A stretch of DNA of 64,000 nt from Arcobacteraceae bacterium. GTDB lineage: Bacteria > Campylobacterota > Campylobacteria > Campylobacterales > Arcobacteraceae. Under the pieces are notes generated by a model. The model was given only the letters and a program-made list of their open reading frames with translations. It made no database searches and was not told the origin of the DNA. Within the stretch, counting starts at the first letter, position 1, and each line of letters begins with the position of its first letter. The stretch covers positions 1-64,000 of the forward strand of contig CBDCZH010000016.1 of the NCBI GenBank assembly GCA_965224485.1, in the 5' to 3' direction. Positions 11,244-21,632 of the stretch are shown here, piece by piece. Made by a program: the position numbers and the translations under genes.

Positions 11244-12659
11244 ATGACTAATATAATTTTATGTGGAGGAAATGGAACAAGGTTATGGCCAATAAGTAGA
11301 ACGCTTATGCCAAAACAGTTTCTAAAACTTTTTTCTTCAAAGCAAGAGAATAATCTTTCACAAAATGATTCACTTGTTAAATCATTATTTCAATTAACAG
11401 TTCAAAGAAATGAAAAGTATTGTGATAAATCTTTTATAATCTCAAATGCAGAGCAATATTTTTTAGCCCTTGATCAATTAAAAGAACTTGGAGAAAATAA
11501 TGCAAAGTATTTATTAGAACCTCTTGGTAAAGATACAGCCCCTGCAATAGCTTTAGCCTGTATGGCTTTACCTTCTGATGAGATAGTACTAATAAGTCCT
11601 AGTGATCATCTAATAAAAGACGAATTACAATATGATAAGGTTCTTAAACTTGCAAAAAAAGAAGCCTTAAATAATAATCTTGTAACATTCGGAATAAATC
11701 CAACATATGCCGAAATAGGTTTTGGTTATATTGAAGCAAAGGCTGATAATTCTGAATGCTTAATTTTAAATGTTGAACTATTTCATGAAAAACCAGATTT
11801 AGAAACAGCCAGTAAGTATTTAGAAGAAAATTCAAAATTAAACACTAAAAATTTACCATTTAAATATTACTGGAACTCTGGAATGTTTTGTTTTAAAGCA
11901 GGAGTTTTTTTAACTGAGTTAAAAAAACACTCATTTGATATTTATGAAAAATCACTAATAGCTTATAAAAATTCTACTAAAGACTCAACTATTAGAATAA
12001 AACATGAGGATATGAATAATATTCCTAAAAAGAGTATAGATTATGCTGTAATGGAAAAATCTAAGATTGTTAAGGTAATTGCTTCAGATATTTCATGGAG
12101 TGATGTAGGAAGCTTTGATGCTCTAGCAAAAGAGCTTCCTAATGATGAAAATAATAACTTTATTTTATCCGAAAAAAGAGTTGAAATAATTGATTGTAAA
12201 GATTTATTAATAATAGATACAAAAGATGCTTTATTAATTTCAAAAAAAGGTTCTTCTCAAAAAGTAAAACAAATAGTAGAAAAGTTAAAACAAGAAAATG
12301 AAGAACTTACTTCTGTTCATCCAATAGTGTATAGACCTTGGGGAACATATGATGTTTTAGAAGATAAAACAAGATATAAAATAAAAAAAATAATTGTAAA
12401 AGCTGGTGCTAAATTGTCCTTGCAAAAACACAAATATAGAAATGAACATTGGATAGTATTATCAGGCATTGCTAGTGTAACAATTAATGAAAATAATTTT
12501 TTACTAAAAGAAAATGAATCAACTTATATAAAAGCAGGTTCTTTGCATAGGCTTGAAAATAAGCAAGATTCTCCGTTAATAATAATAGAAGCCCAAGTTG
12601 GCTCTTATACGGGTGAAGATGATATAGAAAGATTTGAAGATGATTATAATAGGAAATAA
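11244..12659 (+). CDS. manC: mannose-1-phosphate guanylyltransferase / mannose-6-phosphate isomerase
   Basis: ILCGGNGTRLWPISR..PKQF, FHEKP, WNSGMF, SIDYAVMEK, WSDVGS, RPWG, cupin C-terminus. Confidence 0.95.
   Translation: MTNIILCGGNGTRLWPISRTLMPKQFLKLFSSKQENNLSQNDSLVKSLFQLTVQRNEKYCDKSFIISNAEQYFLALDQLKELGENNAKYLLEPLGKDTAPAIALACMALPSDEIVLISPSDHLIKDELQYDKVLKLAKKEALNNNLVTFGINPTYAEIGFGYIEAKADNSECLILNVELFHEKPDLETASKYLEENSKLNTKNLPFKYYWNSGMFCFKAGVFLTELKKHSFDIYEKSLIAYKNSTKDSTIRIKHEDMNNIPKKSIDYAVMEKSKIVKVIASDISWSDVGSFDALAKELPNDENNNFILSEKRVEIIDCKDLLIIDTKDALLISKKGSSQKVKQIVEKLKQENEELTSVHPIVYRPWGTYDVLEDKTRYKIKKIIVKAGAKLSLQKHKYRNEHWIVLSGIASVTINENNFLLKENESTYIKAGSLHRLENKQDSPLIIIEAQVGSYTGEDDIERFEDDYNRK
11748..11867. 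repeat. two oppositely oriented degenerate heptamer arrays inside manC
   Basis: aattctg|aatgctt|aatttta|aatgttg (11748-11775) and gaaaatt|caaaatt|aaacact|aaaaatt|taccatt (11826-11860). Confidence 0.6.
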
Positions 12660-12662
12660 ATA

Positions 12663-13817
12663 ATGAATGAAAAAAAAGTAGCTTTAATAACAGGAATTAC
12701 AGGACAAGATGGTTCTTATTTAGCAGAGTTTTTACTTAAAAAAGATTATATAGTTCATGGTATAAAAAGAAGAACTTCTTTATTTAATACAGATAGAATT
12801 GATCATTTATATCAAGATCCTCACGTTGAGAATAGAAACTTAATTCTTCACTTTGGAGATATGACAGATTCTATGAACTTAACTAAAATAATTCAAGAAG
12901 TACAACCAGATGAAATTTATAATCTTGCCGCAATGAGCCATGTTGCTGTTTCTTTTGAAACACCAGAATATGTAGCAAATGCAGATGGAACAGGAACTCT
13001 TAGAATTCTAGAAGCAGTTAAACTCCTAGGTTTAGAGAAAAAAACTAAAATTTATCAAGCTTCTACTTCTGAACTTTTTGGAAAAGTACAAGAAACTCCT
13101 CAAAAAGAAACAACTCCTTTTTACCCAAGAAGCCCTTATGCGGTTGCTAAAATGTATGCATATTGGATAACTGTAAATTATAGAGAAGCTTATAATATGT
13201 TTGCTTGTAATGGAATATTATTTAATCACGAGTCACCTGTAAGAGGTGAAACTTTTGTAACTAGAAAAATAACAAGAGCTACTTCTAAAATTGCTTTAGG
13301 TTTACAAAATAAACTTTATCTAGGAAATCTTGATGCAAAAAGAGATTGGGGTCATGCAAAAGATTATGTTCGAATGATGTGGATGATTTTACAAGCTCCA
13401 AAGGCTGAGGATTGGGTTATTGCAACTGGAAAAACAACAACTGTAAGAGAATTCGTAAAAATGTCTTTTGAATATATAGGTATACACTTAGAATTTTCTG
13501 GAATTGGAGTTGATGAAAAAGGAATTGTTAAATCAGTAGATGAAAACAAATATAATTCTTTAATTCAAAATTCAAAATTAAACATTCAAAATTGTATTGG
13601 TTCAACAGTAGTTGAAGTAGATGCAAAGTACTTTAGACCAACAGAGGTAGATTTACTCTTAGGAGACCCTAGCAAGGCTGAAAAAGAGTTAGGCTGGGAA
13701 AGAGAATATAATCTAAAAGATTTAGTTTTTGACATGATGAAAAGTGATTTAAAACTTATGAATAAAGATCAATATCTAAAAGATGGTGGATATACTACTA
13801 TGAATTATTTTGAATAA
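12663..13817 (+). CDS. gmd: GDP-mannose 4,6-dehydratase
   Basis: [57 protein letters not shown]. Confidence 0.97.
   Translation: MNEKKVALITGITGQDGSYLAEFLLKKDYIVHGIKRRTSLFNTDRIDHLYQDPHVENRNLILHFGDMTDSMNLTKIIQEVQPDEIYNLAAMSHVAVSFETPEYVANADGTGTLRILEAVKLLGLEKKTKIYQASTSELFGKVQETPQKETTPFYPRSPYAVAKMYAYWITVNYREAYNMFACNGILFNHESPVRGETFVTRKITRATSKIALGLQNKLYLGNLDAKRDWGHAKDYVRMMWMILQAPKAEDWVIATGKTTTVREFVKMSFEYIGIHLEFSGIGVDEKGIVKSVDENKYNSLIQNSKLNIQNCIGSTVVEVDAKYFRPTEVDLLLGDPSKAEKELGWEREYNLKDLVFDMMKSDLKLMNKDQYLKDGGYTTMNYFE
13559..13593 (+). repeat. degenerate heptamer array inside gmd
   Basis: tttaatt|caaaatt|caaaatt|aaacatt|caaaatt, read as [11 protein letters not shown]. Confidence 0.7.
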
Positions 13818-13826
13818 GAAATTTTT

Positions 13827-14802
13827 ATGAAAACAAATTCAAAAATATATATTGCAGGGCATAAAGGTTTAGTAGGTTCGGCAATTTTAAAAATTCTTAT
13901 AGCAAAAGGTTATTCTAATTTAATTTATAGAACGCATAAAGAGTTAGATTTATTAAATCAAAAAAATGTAGAAGATTTTTTTTACAAAGAGAAACCAGAA
14001 TATGTAATTTTAGCGGCTGCTAAAGTTGGTGGAATACTTGCAAATAATACATATAGAGCTGATTTTATTTATGAAAACCTTCAAGTTCAAAATAATGTAA
14101 TTCATCAATCTTACAAACATAAAGTTAAAAAACTCTTATTTTTAGGATCTACATGTATTTATCCTAAAAATTGCCCTACAACCTATGAGTGAAGAATCAG
14201 TTTATTAACATCTGAGCTTAGAATACACAAATGAGCCATATGCAATTGCTAAAATAGCTGGTATTAAAATGTGTGAAAGTCTTACAACTTACAATATGGA
14301 ACTAACTTTATTTCTGTTATGCCTACAAATTTATATGGGACCTAATGATAACTTTGATTTAGAAACTTCTCATGTTTTACCAGCAATTTTACGAAAAATC
14401 CATGAATCAAAAATAAATAATCTTAAAGAAGTAGAAATTTGGGGAAGTGGGAAACCTAGACGTGAATTTATGTACAGTGAAGATATGGCTGATGCATGTG
14501 TTTTTCTTATGGAAAATATAGATTTTACTGATATTATTAATTTAAAAGAAAATAATGAAGTTCGAAATACCCATATTAATATAGGAACGGGAACAGATAT
14601 ATCTATTAAAGAATTAGCTTTATTAATCAAAAAAGTTATTCATTTTGAAGGTAATATTATCTTTGATAGCTCAAAACCAGATGGAACAATGATAAAACTA
14701 ACAAATCCAAAGAAACTAGAAAAACTTGGATGGAAGAGTAGCACTACTTTAGAAGAAGGTATTAAAAAAATGTACGAATGGTATAAAAATGAATCAAAAT
14801 AA
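13827..14802 (+). CDS. fcl: GDP-L-fucose synthase (about five single-base insertions at 14175-14340)
   Basis: [50 protein letters not shown]; follows gmd. Confidence 0.92.
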
Positions 14803-15841
14803 GCCTTTAATTACAATAGTTACAGTAACTTTTAATGCAGAACAATATTTAGAAAGAACTATAAAAAGTGTACTTGAACAAGATTATAAAAATATAGAAT
14901 ATATAATTATAGATGGAAATAGTAAAGACAAAACAATTGACATTATTAAAAAATATGAAAAAGACATTGATTATTGGATTAGTGAAGAAGATTCAGGAAT
15001 TTATGATGCAATGAATAAAGCAATAAATAAAGCAACAGGAGTTTGGATAAACTTTATGAATGCGGGAGATAGTTTAAGCTCAAAAGAAATACTTTCAAAT
15101 ATATTTTCAAAGAAACAAAATACTGATATATTATTCTCTGATACTTTTATTGTAAATCAAAAGAACGAAATACTTAGAAAAGCAAAAGTTACAGAACTAA
15201 ATACTTTTTATATTCCACAAATGCCATTTATTCATCAAAGTACTTTTATTAAAACAAGTTTAATGAAAAAGTTTTTATATAATGATAATTATAAACTAGC
15301 AGCCGATTTAGATTTTTTTATTAAAGTATATACGAAAGGATACAAGTTTAAATACTTGCAAGACCTTGTTATATCTAATTTTTTACTAGGGGGATTACAT
15401 ACTAATAATATGGTCACATACACCTCAGAAGCAATTCATTCGTTAAATCAATATCACCCTAATATTAAAGAATATAATAATAATCTTGGAAGCATAAAAG
15501 CACTAAATCCTTTTAATAATGAAGCAGAAAAAATATTTCCTACTATTCTAAGTCAAGGTTTATTAAAAATAGAAGGAATAATGAATAAATATAATAAAGT
15601 TATTTTTTATGGATATGGAACATTTTCAAAATTACTAGCATATAAATATAGTAAAAGTATTATTGCAATAATTGATAAAAAACAACAAAATAGTGATTTT
15701 AACTTAATCAAACTGGAAGATTTAAATAATTACGATTATGATATTATATTAATTACATTACCTGGAAGAGAAAAAGAAATTAAAAAAGACTTATTAAATA
15801 ATTCTGTAAATATGGATAAAATAATAACACCATTTAATTAA
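14789..15841 (+). CDS. GT2 glycosyltransferase (WfgS/WcaE-like) with C-terminal Rossmann-like module
   Basis: ITIVTVTFNA, IIIDGNSKD, DSGIYDAMNKAI, NFMNAGD, HQSTF; C-terminal VIFYGYGTF...YDIILITLPGRE. Confidence 0.88.
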   Translation: MNQNKPLITIVTVTFNAEQYLERTIKSVLEQDYKNIEYIIIDGNSKDKTIDIIKKYEKDIDYWISEEDSGIYDAMNKAINKATGVWINFMNAGDSLSSKEILSNIFSKKQNTDILFSDTFIVNQKNEILRKAKVTELNTFYIPQMPFIHQSTFIKTSLMKKFLYNDNYKLAADLDFFIKVYTKGYKFKYLQDLVISNFLLGGLHTNNMVTYTSEAIHSLNQYHPNIKEYNNNLGSIKALNPFNNEAEKIFPTILSQGLLKIEGIMNKYNKVIFYGYGTFSKLLAYKYSKSIIAIIDKKQQNSDFNLIKLEDLNNYDYDIILITLPGREKEIKKDLLNNSVNMDKIITPFN

Positions 15842-18149
15842 TTATTCTGATTCCTTTAACACAATCAATAATGGTAATATTATTTATATTCTTATTAACA
15901 CAGTGACTTTCAATTTGTAGAAATATTTCTTCTGAAAAACGATCACTAGCAATTATTACTACCATATTACTACTAAGTGATTCACTCATAGTTTTTATAT
16001 TAAAATTACAAACACTAAATCTTTTATTGTTTGCTTTACTATCCATTACAGAAGAAATAACAATATTCATAAAATTTAGTTTTTTAAGCAAATTAATAAA
16101 AAATTCTCCTGCTCCATAGATACTTACCTTGTCAAACTTTTCTTTTCTTATAACTTCTACTATTGAGTCTACAGATAAAAGGACACTTGCACTATCAAGT
16201 AATGCTTTTCTTTTTTGAATATATAAAGAATCTTTTTGAGTAATATAACCTTCTGGCCATTCAAAATGTTCTTGTTTATAATTTTTAATATTTATATGAT
16301 TATCATAAAAATTTTTATCAAAGTAATCATCCTGCCTCTTAATATCCACAATCGTATTATTCTTATTATTACGTCCAGCCCCTATTCCAAATTGTAATTT
16401 TCCTATATATTTTGCTTCCTGCAAAGTGGGAACAGAAATAAGGCGTGAGAGTAAAGATAAGTTTCTATTATTTAAAAAAACATCTTTATTTTTCATATGT
16501 TTTTCAGATATACAAATAAAAGATTTTACTCCCTTATCAAAGGCTTCTAAATTTTTGATACTAAAAGATGTTTCTTTTTTTAGCTTAGGTATTATTTTTT
16601 TACCATCTTCATATCCCACTGTTGTATATTCCATTCCATTAAACAAAACTTCTGTTGCTGCACAAGATCTACTTAGTGAATTAACAAAACTTAAATCATC
16701 TTCATTAGAAAAAAAGAAGGAGAACATTTTACATTTTAAAAAAGGGATAAAATCATTTCCGGAATAGAATAGACCTAAATATTTAGACATATTATCAGTC
16801 AAGTTATACAGTCTTCTCAATACTGTGCCATTAGGGCCAAAATCTAAAATTATAGAATCTTTTTTTACTCCTAATTCAGTTAAATATTTTTTGATTTTAC
16901 TTTTTTCTTTATTTATATTTATCTTAATTTGCTCTATATTATCTTCTAAAATACTATGCACTAATTTTATTACATTTGAATCTTTTAATTTACCAAACAT
17001 AGTATTACCCATAGTACTTAATTTAGTATTTTTAATCTCAATATTCAAGAGTTCAAAAAAATCACTAATTTTCATATTTTTGAATTCACTTTTACTACTT
17101 AGGATATCGGGATTTTTTATTATTTCAAAAATATCTAAAATATCTAAACTAGCTAAATAAGTGGAGTGCCTAGAAGCATAAATTAAGTTTATTTCTAATT
17201 TAGAGTTTACATATTCTAAACATTTCTTAAAAATTCTTCCTTCTCTCATAAGAAAGTTAACTTGAGTAATATTATATTTGAGGCATATATTAGATATCCA
17301 GTTTACAAAACCATATAATAATGGTCCATAAATTCTTGCACCAAGATTATAATAGAAAGATTCTTCTTTATCCTCATAAGGATTTAGTATAGATGATTGT
17401 TTACGTAAATTATTATATTGAGGGAAATTGTGTTGTAAGTATTTCTTTTCAAGTTTTTCAACGTCATACACTTCATTTGTGCAATTATAATAAAGTGAGT
17501 GTATCCCAAGTTTCTTAGGTACTTCAACGTCAGATAGTTTATTATCTCCAATATGTAATTGTTCATCAAAGTTATAATTCATCTCACTTTTAACATATCT
17601 ATATAAATTTGAAGTATATTTAGCTTTACCTATTTCTGAGGAAACAAATAAATGGCTAATACTATTAAAGTTTGTTAAGTATTTCGATAGAAATACTTCT
17701 AAGGTATGTTTAGATAGATAGATATCTGATATTAAAATGACTTTTTTGTTGTATTGAATACATAAATTAATCCATTTCTCAATTTGCTTATTAACATATA
17801 AAGAAGTATACTCTTCACTAATTTCAATTGACATTATTTCTAATTTCTGGTTTTCACATAAAGGAAGATAGTTATAAATATCAATTAATTTTATATCATC
17901 TTTTTTCTTATATTTTCTTGCATTTTGCTCTGCTAAAATACGATACTTCTTAAATAAAGAAGCAGAATCAAAAATATCTTTTACAATTTTATTATTACCT
18001 ACTCTTTGAAAAATATCAGAAGGTGTTTCTACATCTCTGTACAATAAAGTTTCAAATATATCAAAAGAGACAACTTTTATTTTATCATTTTTTAAATAAT
18101 CAATAAAAGAAACTTCTAAACTACTAAAAGAGCATAGTTTATTATACAT
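15834..18149 (-). CDS. HAD-like hydrolase domain protein of polysaccharide loci, with C-terminal Rossmann-like module
   Basis: VSFDIFETLLYR, ILISDIY, SSEIGKAK, LHIGDNKLSDV, FLMREG, ILDFG..GT; C-terminal VSIYGAGEF. Confidence 0.75.
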   Translation of the reverse strand: MYNKLCSFSSLEVSFIDYLKNDKIKVVSFDIFETLLYRDVETPSDIFQRVGNNKIVKDIFDSASLFKKYRILAEQNARKYKKKDDIKLIDIYNYLPLCENQKLEIMSIEISEEYTSLYVNKQIEKWINLCIQYNKKVILISDIYLSKHTLEVFLSKYLTNFNSISHLFVSSEIGKAKYTSNLYRYVKSEMNYNFDEQLHIGDNKLSDVEVPKKLGIHSLYYNCTNEVYDVEKLEKKYLQHNFPQYNNLRKQSSILNPYEDKEESFYYNLGARIYGPLLYGFVNWISNICLKYNITQVNFLMREGRIFKKCLEYVNSKLEINLIYASRHSTYLASLDILDIFEIIKNPDILSSKSEFKNMKISDFFELLNIEIKNTKLSTMGNTMFGKLKDSNVIKLVHSILEDNIEQIKININKEKSKIKKYLTELGVKKDSIILDFGPNGTVLRRLYNLTDNMSKYLGLFYSGNDFIPFLKCKMFSFFFSNEDDLSFVNSLSRSCAATEVLFNGMEYTTVGYEDGKKIIPKLKKETSFSIKNLEAFDKGVKSFICISEKHMKNKDVFLNNRNLSLLSRLISVPTLQEAKYIGKLQFGIGAGRNNKNNTIVDIKRQDDYFDKNFYDNHINIKNYKQEHFEWPEGYITQKDSLYIQKRKALLDSASVLLSVDSIVEVIRKEKFDKVSIYGAGEFFINLLKKLNFMNIVISSVMDSKANNKRFSVCNFNIKTMSESLSSNMVVIIASDRFSEEIFLQIESHCVNKNINNITIIDCVKGIRIIN

Positions 18150-18151
18150 AT

Positions 18152-19285
18152 TTATTTTTTTGCCACAAAGATTATAAATTGGCCTCTCTTATTTTCTTCA
18201 ATCAATGATTCTGAATCATTATTTTGCTGATAATACTTAATTTCATTAAACCCATATTTTTTTAACATTTGATCAATTTCATCTAAGGTAAAATGTCTTG
18301 TATGGAATAAAAAGTTTTGTTGAATAAAAGGCATTATTTCCTCATTTGGAGTAGAGCCTATAAATGTTGCTCCTTTTTTTAAATGTTCTGATATTTTTTT
18401 AATAAATTTTTCAGGATTAGGTAGATGTTCAATTGTTTCAAAAGATACAAAATAGTCTGGGCTAATTGTAGTAAATTCATCTTCTTCCAGGTTTTGAATA
18501 AAATGTTCTATTTTTTCTGAATAATAATGTTCTTTCGCATGTTTTAAAGCATCCTTAGAAATATCTAAAGCTTGAATATTTTTAACATTTTTATTCTTTG
18601 ATATTATATAAGAACCGTATCCAACACCACACGCGGCATCTGTTACAATTGCATTCTCTTTTGTAATAAATTTATTAGCAAATATATATCTATTTTTATG
18701 ATCTAATCTTATTTTTTCAAGTTCTGTTGCAACTTGTCTTTCTCCTGAATATTTAGGTTTCTTTGCACTTATAATAAGCTTATTCTTATCTATTTCTATT
18801 TTAATTTCTTGAAAACCAATTCTATTTAAAAGTAAATTTATTTTTTTTTTATTATATCCCGATTTATTAACTGAAATATATTTATCACTATAGTTCTCAG
18901 CCCAAGGGTCACAAAATTCTTGAGTTCCCCAGAATTGTTGACTACTACTTTGAGCATCAGATTTTTTATTTTTTAGCGTTTTTTCTGTCCATTGGGCTTC
19001 TAACCACTTTTTTGCATAAAAATCCATATTTGAAAGTACCATCTTTATAGTTCCAAAAGTTTTAAGAGACTTAAACCAATCTCTTAATGCTCTATCTGCC
19101 TCATAATTTGTAAGTTTCTCTAACAGATTAGATGAATAAATATTATTAGTTTCCATTAACTGAAAAGAAAGTTCCCATGCTTTGCATACAAAATCAACAT
19201 GGTCAAACTTTCTAATATCAGCATGTAAAAAACCTTCTCTTATATCTTCTCCACAGCCAATATATACATTTAATTCTTTATTCAT
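18152..19285 (-). CDS. two-domain SAM methyltransferase
   Basis: N-domain YIGCGED...HADIR...LKTFG; C-domain H.NRY.FA, DAACGVGYGS, SFETIEHL, IGSTPN. Confidence 0.8.
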   Translation of the reverse strand: MNKELNVYIGCGEDIREGFLHADIRKFDHVDFVCKAWELSFQLMETNNIYSSNLLEKLTNYEADRALRDWFKSLKTFGTIKMVLSNMDFYAKKWLEAQWTEKTLKNKKSDAQSSSQQFWGTQEFCDPWAENYSDKYISVNKSGYNKKKINLLLNRIGFQEIKIEIDKNKLIISAKKPKYSGERQVATELEKIRLDHKNRYIFANKFITKENAIVTDAACGVGYGSYIISKNKNVKNIQALDISKDALKHAKEHYYSEKIEHFIQNLEEDEFTTISPDYFVSFETIEHLPNPEKFIKKISEHLKKGATFIGSTPNEEIMPFIQQNFLFHTRHFTLDEIDQMLKKYGFNEIKYYQQNNDSESLIEENKRGQFIIFVAKK

Positions 19286-19401
19286 ATTTTTCCTTTTTAT
19301 TATTTAAGATAGATATACAATTCTCGGTATCTTAATATATTATAAAACAAACTTTTTTAATTTCTTTATTTTACAAAAATTATCTTTCACTTTCTAAATA
19401 T

Positions 19402-20704
19402 TTAAGAAAAATATTTGTTTAATATCTTCTCTAGTTTCTTTTCATCATCTAAACAAACACTTATTTTATTTACATAAAAATGAAGAAATTTTTTTATTTT
19501 ATCTTTTTTATCTTTTGACAAAGAATAAAATGCTTCTTGTTCTATTTCTTTTAAATCTTTAACATTTTTTGTCATTGCCATATAATCACTTCTTCCAAAC
19601 GTCACTACTGGTTTTAAATGAAGTAAAGATTCAAAACCTACTCCTGAATTAATAACATAAACCGTTTTTGATTTTTTTATTGCATCATGGATAGAACCCT
19701 TATAAAGGATTATTTTTTTCTCTCTTTTATAAAGTTCTAATAATTCAGAAAGCTCACTATTTGTACACCTTGGGTGTTTTTTTACAAGTAAAGGAATTTT
19801 CTTATCATTTAAGATTTTAACAATACTTTTAATTAATTTAATAGGAGCCATATAACTTTTTACCATTACACTATCCTCAATTTTTTGCAAAGGAAAGAAA
19901 ATAAACTCTTTAGGAAAAGAAAATGTTAAATCTTTTTTTTGTTCATACTTACTAATATCTTGTTCTATATACTTCTCTTTTAAAAAGTCATGTGTTTGAA
20001 TTGCTTTTTTTAAAGATATGTTTTTTAGTTTTTTATTCCAATCAAGATCACATAACTCACTCCAACCACTATATCCTTCATCATAATACGTAATCATATT
20101 TGATAAATAAGACTCTTTCCATCTAAATATATTATTAATACAAGAACCAACAGAATGATATGTTATTAGTATAGAGTTTTTATTTGTTTTTCTTTTCTTC
20201 AAATATGCTTCATTGCCATATTCAACAGGTATAGTTTTTATTTTTTTGTTGCATACAAGTAAGCTCTTGATTAATACAGAAACAAACTTATGACTATCAT
20301 CTTTTGTTTCTATTATATTATAATTTGGAATCTCAACATTGAATTTAAATTTATCATTAAATAAAATAGCAGTATTTTCTAGCTTAGATAAATGCTCTCT
20401 TTTTCTTATTAAAACATTTGCAGATTTTAGTTCTTTTATTTGATTATAAAATGATAAAGTATGATTTTTCCAGATTATAACTAAAGGACTTTCTAGTTTT
20501 TTAATTTCATTAAAATTAATTATTTTTATACTTTTATATTCTTTATTAACTAAAGTATCACTATTATCAAAGATATAATCAATCTTATTTTCAATCTTAT
20601 ACTTTTTTTATAAAAGTTTTGCTAACATCAGAAAAACCACATAAAACAACAACACCTTCGTACTGTTTTATTTTTTCAACTATTTTATTTATTGATTTAA
20701 ACAT
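19402..20704 (-). CDS. KpsS/KpsC-like (capsule synthesis family) glycosyltransferase with N-terminal Rossmann-like module (frameshift at T-run 20603-20609)
   Basis: ATG 20704 MFKSINK...VVLCGFSDVSK; frame open from ~20600 into ORF 19402-20202; FFPLQ..ED, VKKHP, VINSGVGFESLL..KPVVTFG. Confidence 0.72.
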
Positions 20705-20714
20705 ATTTAAACTA

Positions 20715-21632
20715 TTATGCTTTTTTATGATAGTCAATATTTGAATACTTACTATAATGCCATTCTTTTTCTGTTACTTGCCAATTCCCATAAAGATTCT
20801 CTAAATACGAAATTTCATTCTTTGGTATTTTTAATATTTTTTCTTTAAAAATAATTTCTTTTGAGGGAAAAGAGTCTTTAGAAAAAGAGGACAACCTTCT
20901 TTCAGCGACCATCCAATATAATTTATCCTTATCTTCATATTTTAATGCCAAGTCTAAACCTACATTAAAATCTAATTCTAAGTCTTGAAGTTTTTTATTT
21001 TTACTAATATCATTATAAATGGTAATCACCATTGGAAGCTCTTTTTCTTCTTCTGCAAGTTTTATAAGTTTACTTGAAATTGAATACTTCCAATTATTAA
21101 TACTACAATATTTACTTTCATACGAATCAAGATAGTTTTTAAGAAATACTAAAATTTTATCTTTCTCATAAGAAGGAACAGCAAAATCTACATCTATATC
21201 CCAAGGCAATATCATTTTGTCTCTTATTATTCCCAATAGTGTTCCATGGTCAATATGGTATTCTATTTTATGTTTAATTAATTGCTCAGAAATATTAAAC
21301 ATTAACTCTTCTACTATTTTTAAATTATCTTCATTTTTTAATTGAAGTTCATTATAATTTGAATGAAATAATTTAATATACTTTTTATCTATTCCAAGAT
21401 TAAGTAACTGCTTAGTTATTTCTTCATCATACATGCTTCCAATAATTATTTCATCAAATTTTACTTCTAATATTTTTTCTGCTGCAAGTACTTTTTTATT
21501 GCAAAATAATGTATTATGTTTTGTTGTATTATTATCACAAAAAAACAAGATATTAATATCTTTATTCTCTTCGTAATAATTAAAAACTCTTTTTGCAAAT
21601 AAACTTGCACCAAAAATAATTATATTTTTCAT
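20715..21632 (-). CDS. LicD family phosphotransferase with N-terminal Rossmann-like module
   Basis: DHGTLLGIIRD..LPWDIDVDF and YLENLYGNW; N-terminal IIIFGAS...FCDNN. Confidence 0.88.
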   Translation of the reverse strand: MKNIIIFGASLFAKRVFNYYEENKDINILFFCDNNTTKHNTLFCNKKVLAAEKILEVKFDEIIIGSMYDEEITKQLLNLGIDKKYIKLFHSNYNELQLKNEDNLKIVEELMFNISEQLIKHKIEYHIDHGTLLGIIRDKMILPWDIDVDFAVPSYEKDKILVFLKNYLDSYESKYCSINNWKYSISSKLIKLAEEEKELPMVITIYNDISKNKKLQDLELDFNVGLDLALKYEDKDKLYWMVAERRLSSFSKDSFPSKEIIFKEKILKIPKNEISYLENLYGNWQVTEKEWHYSKYSNIDYHKKA

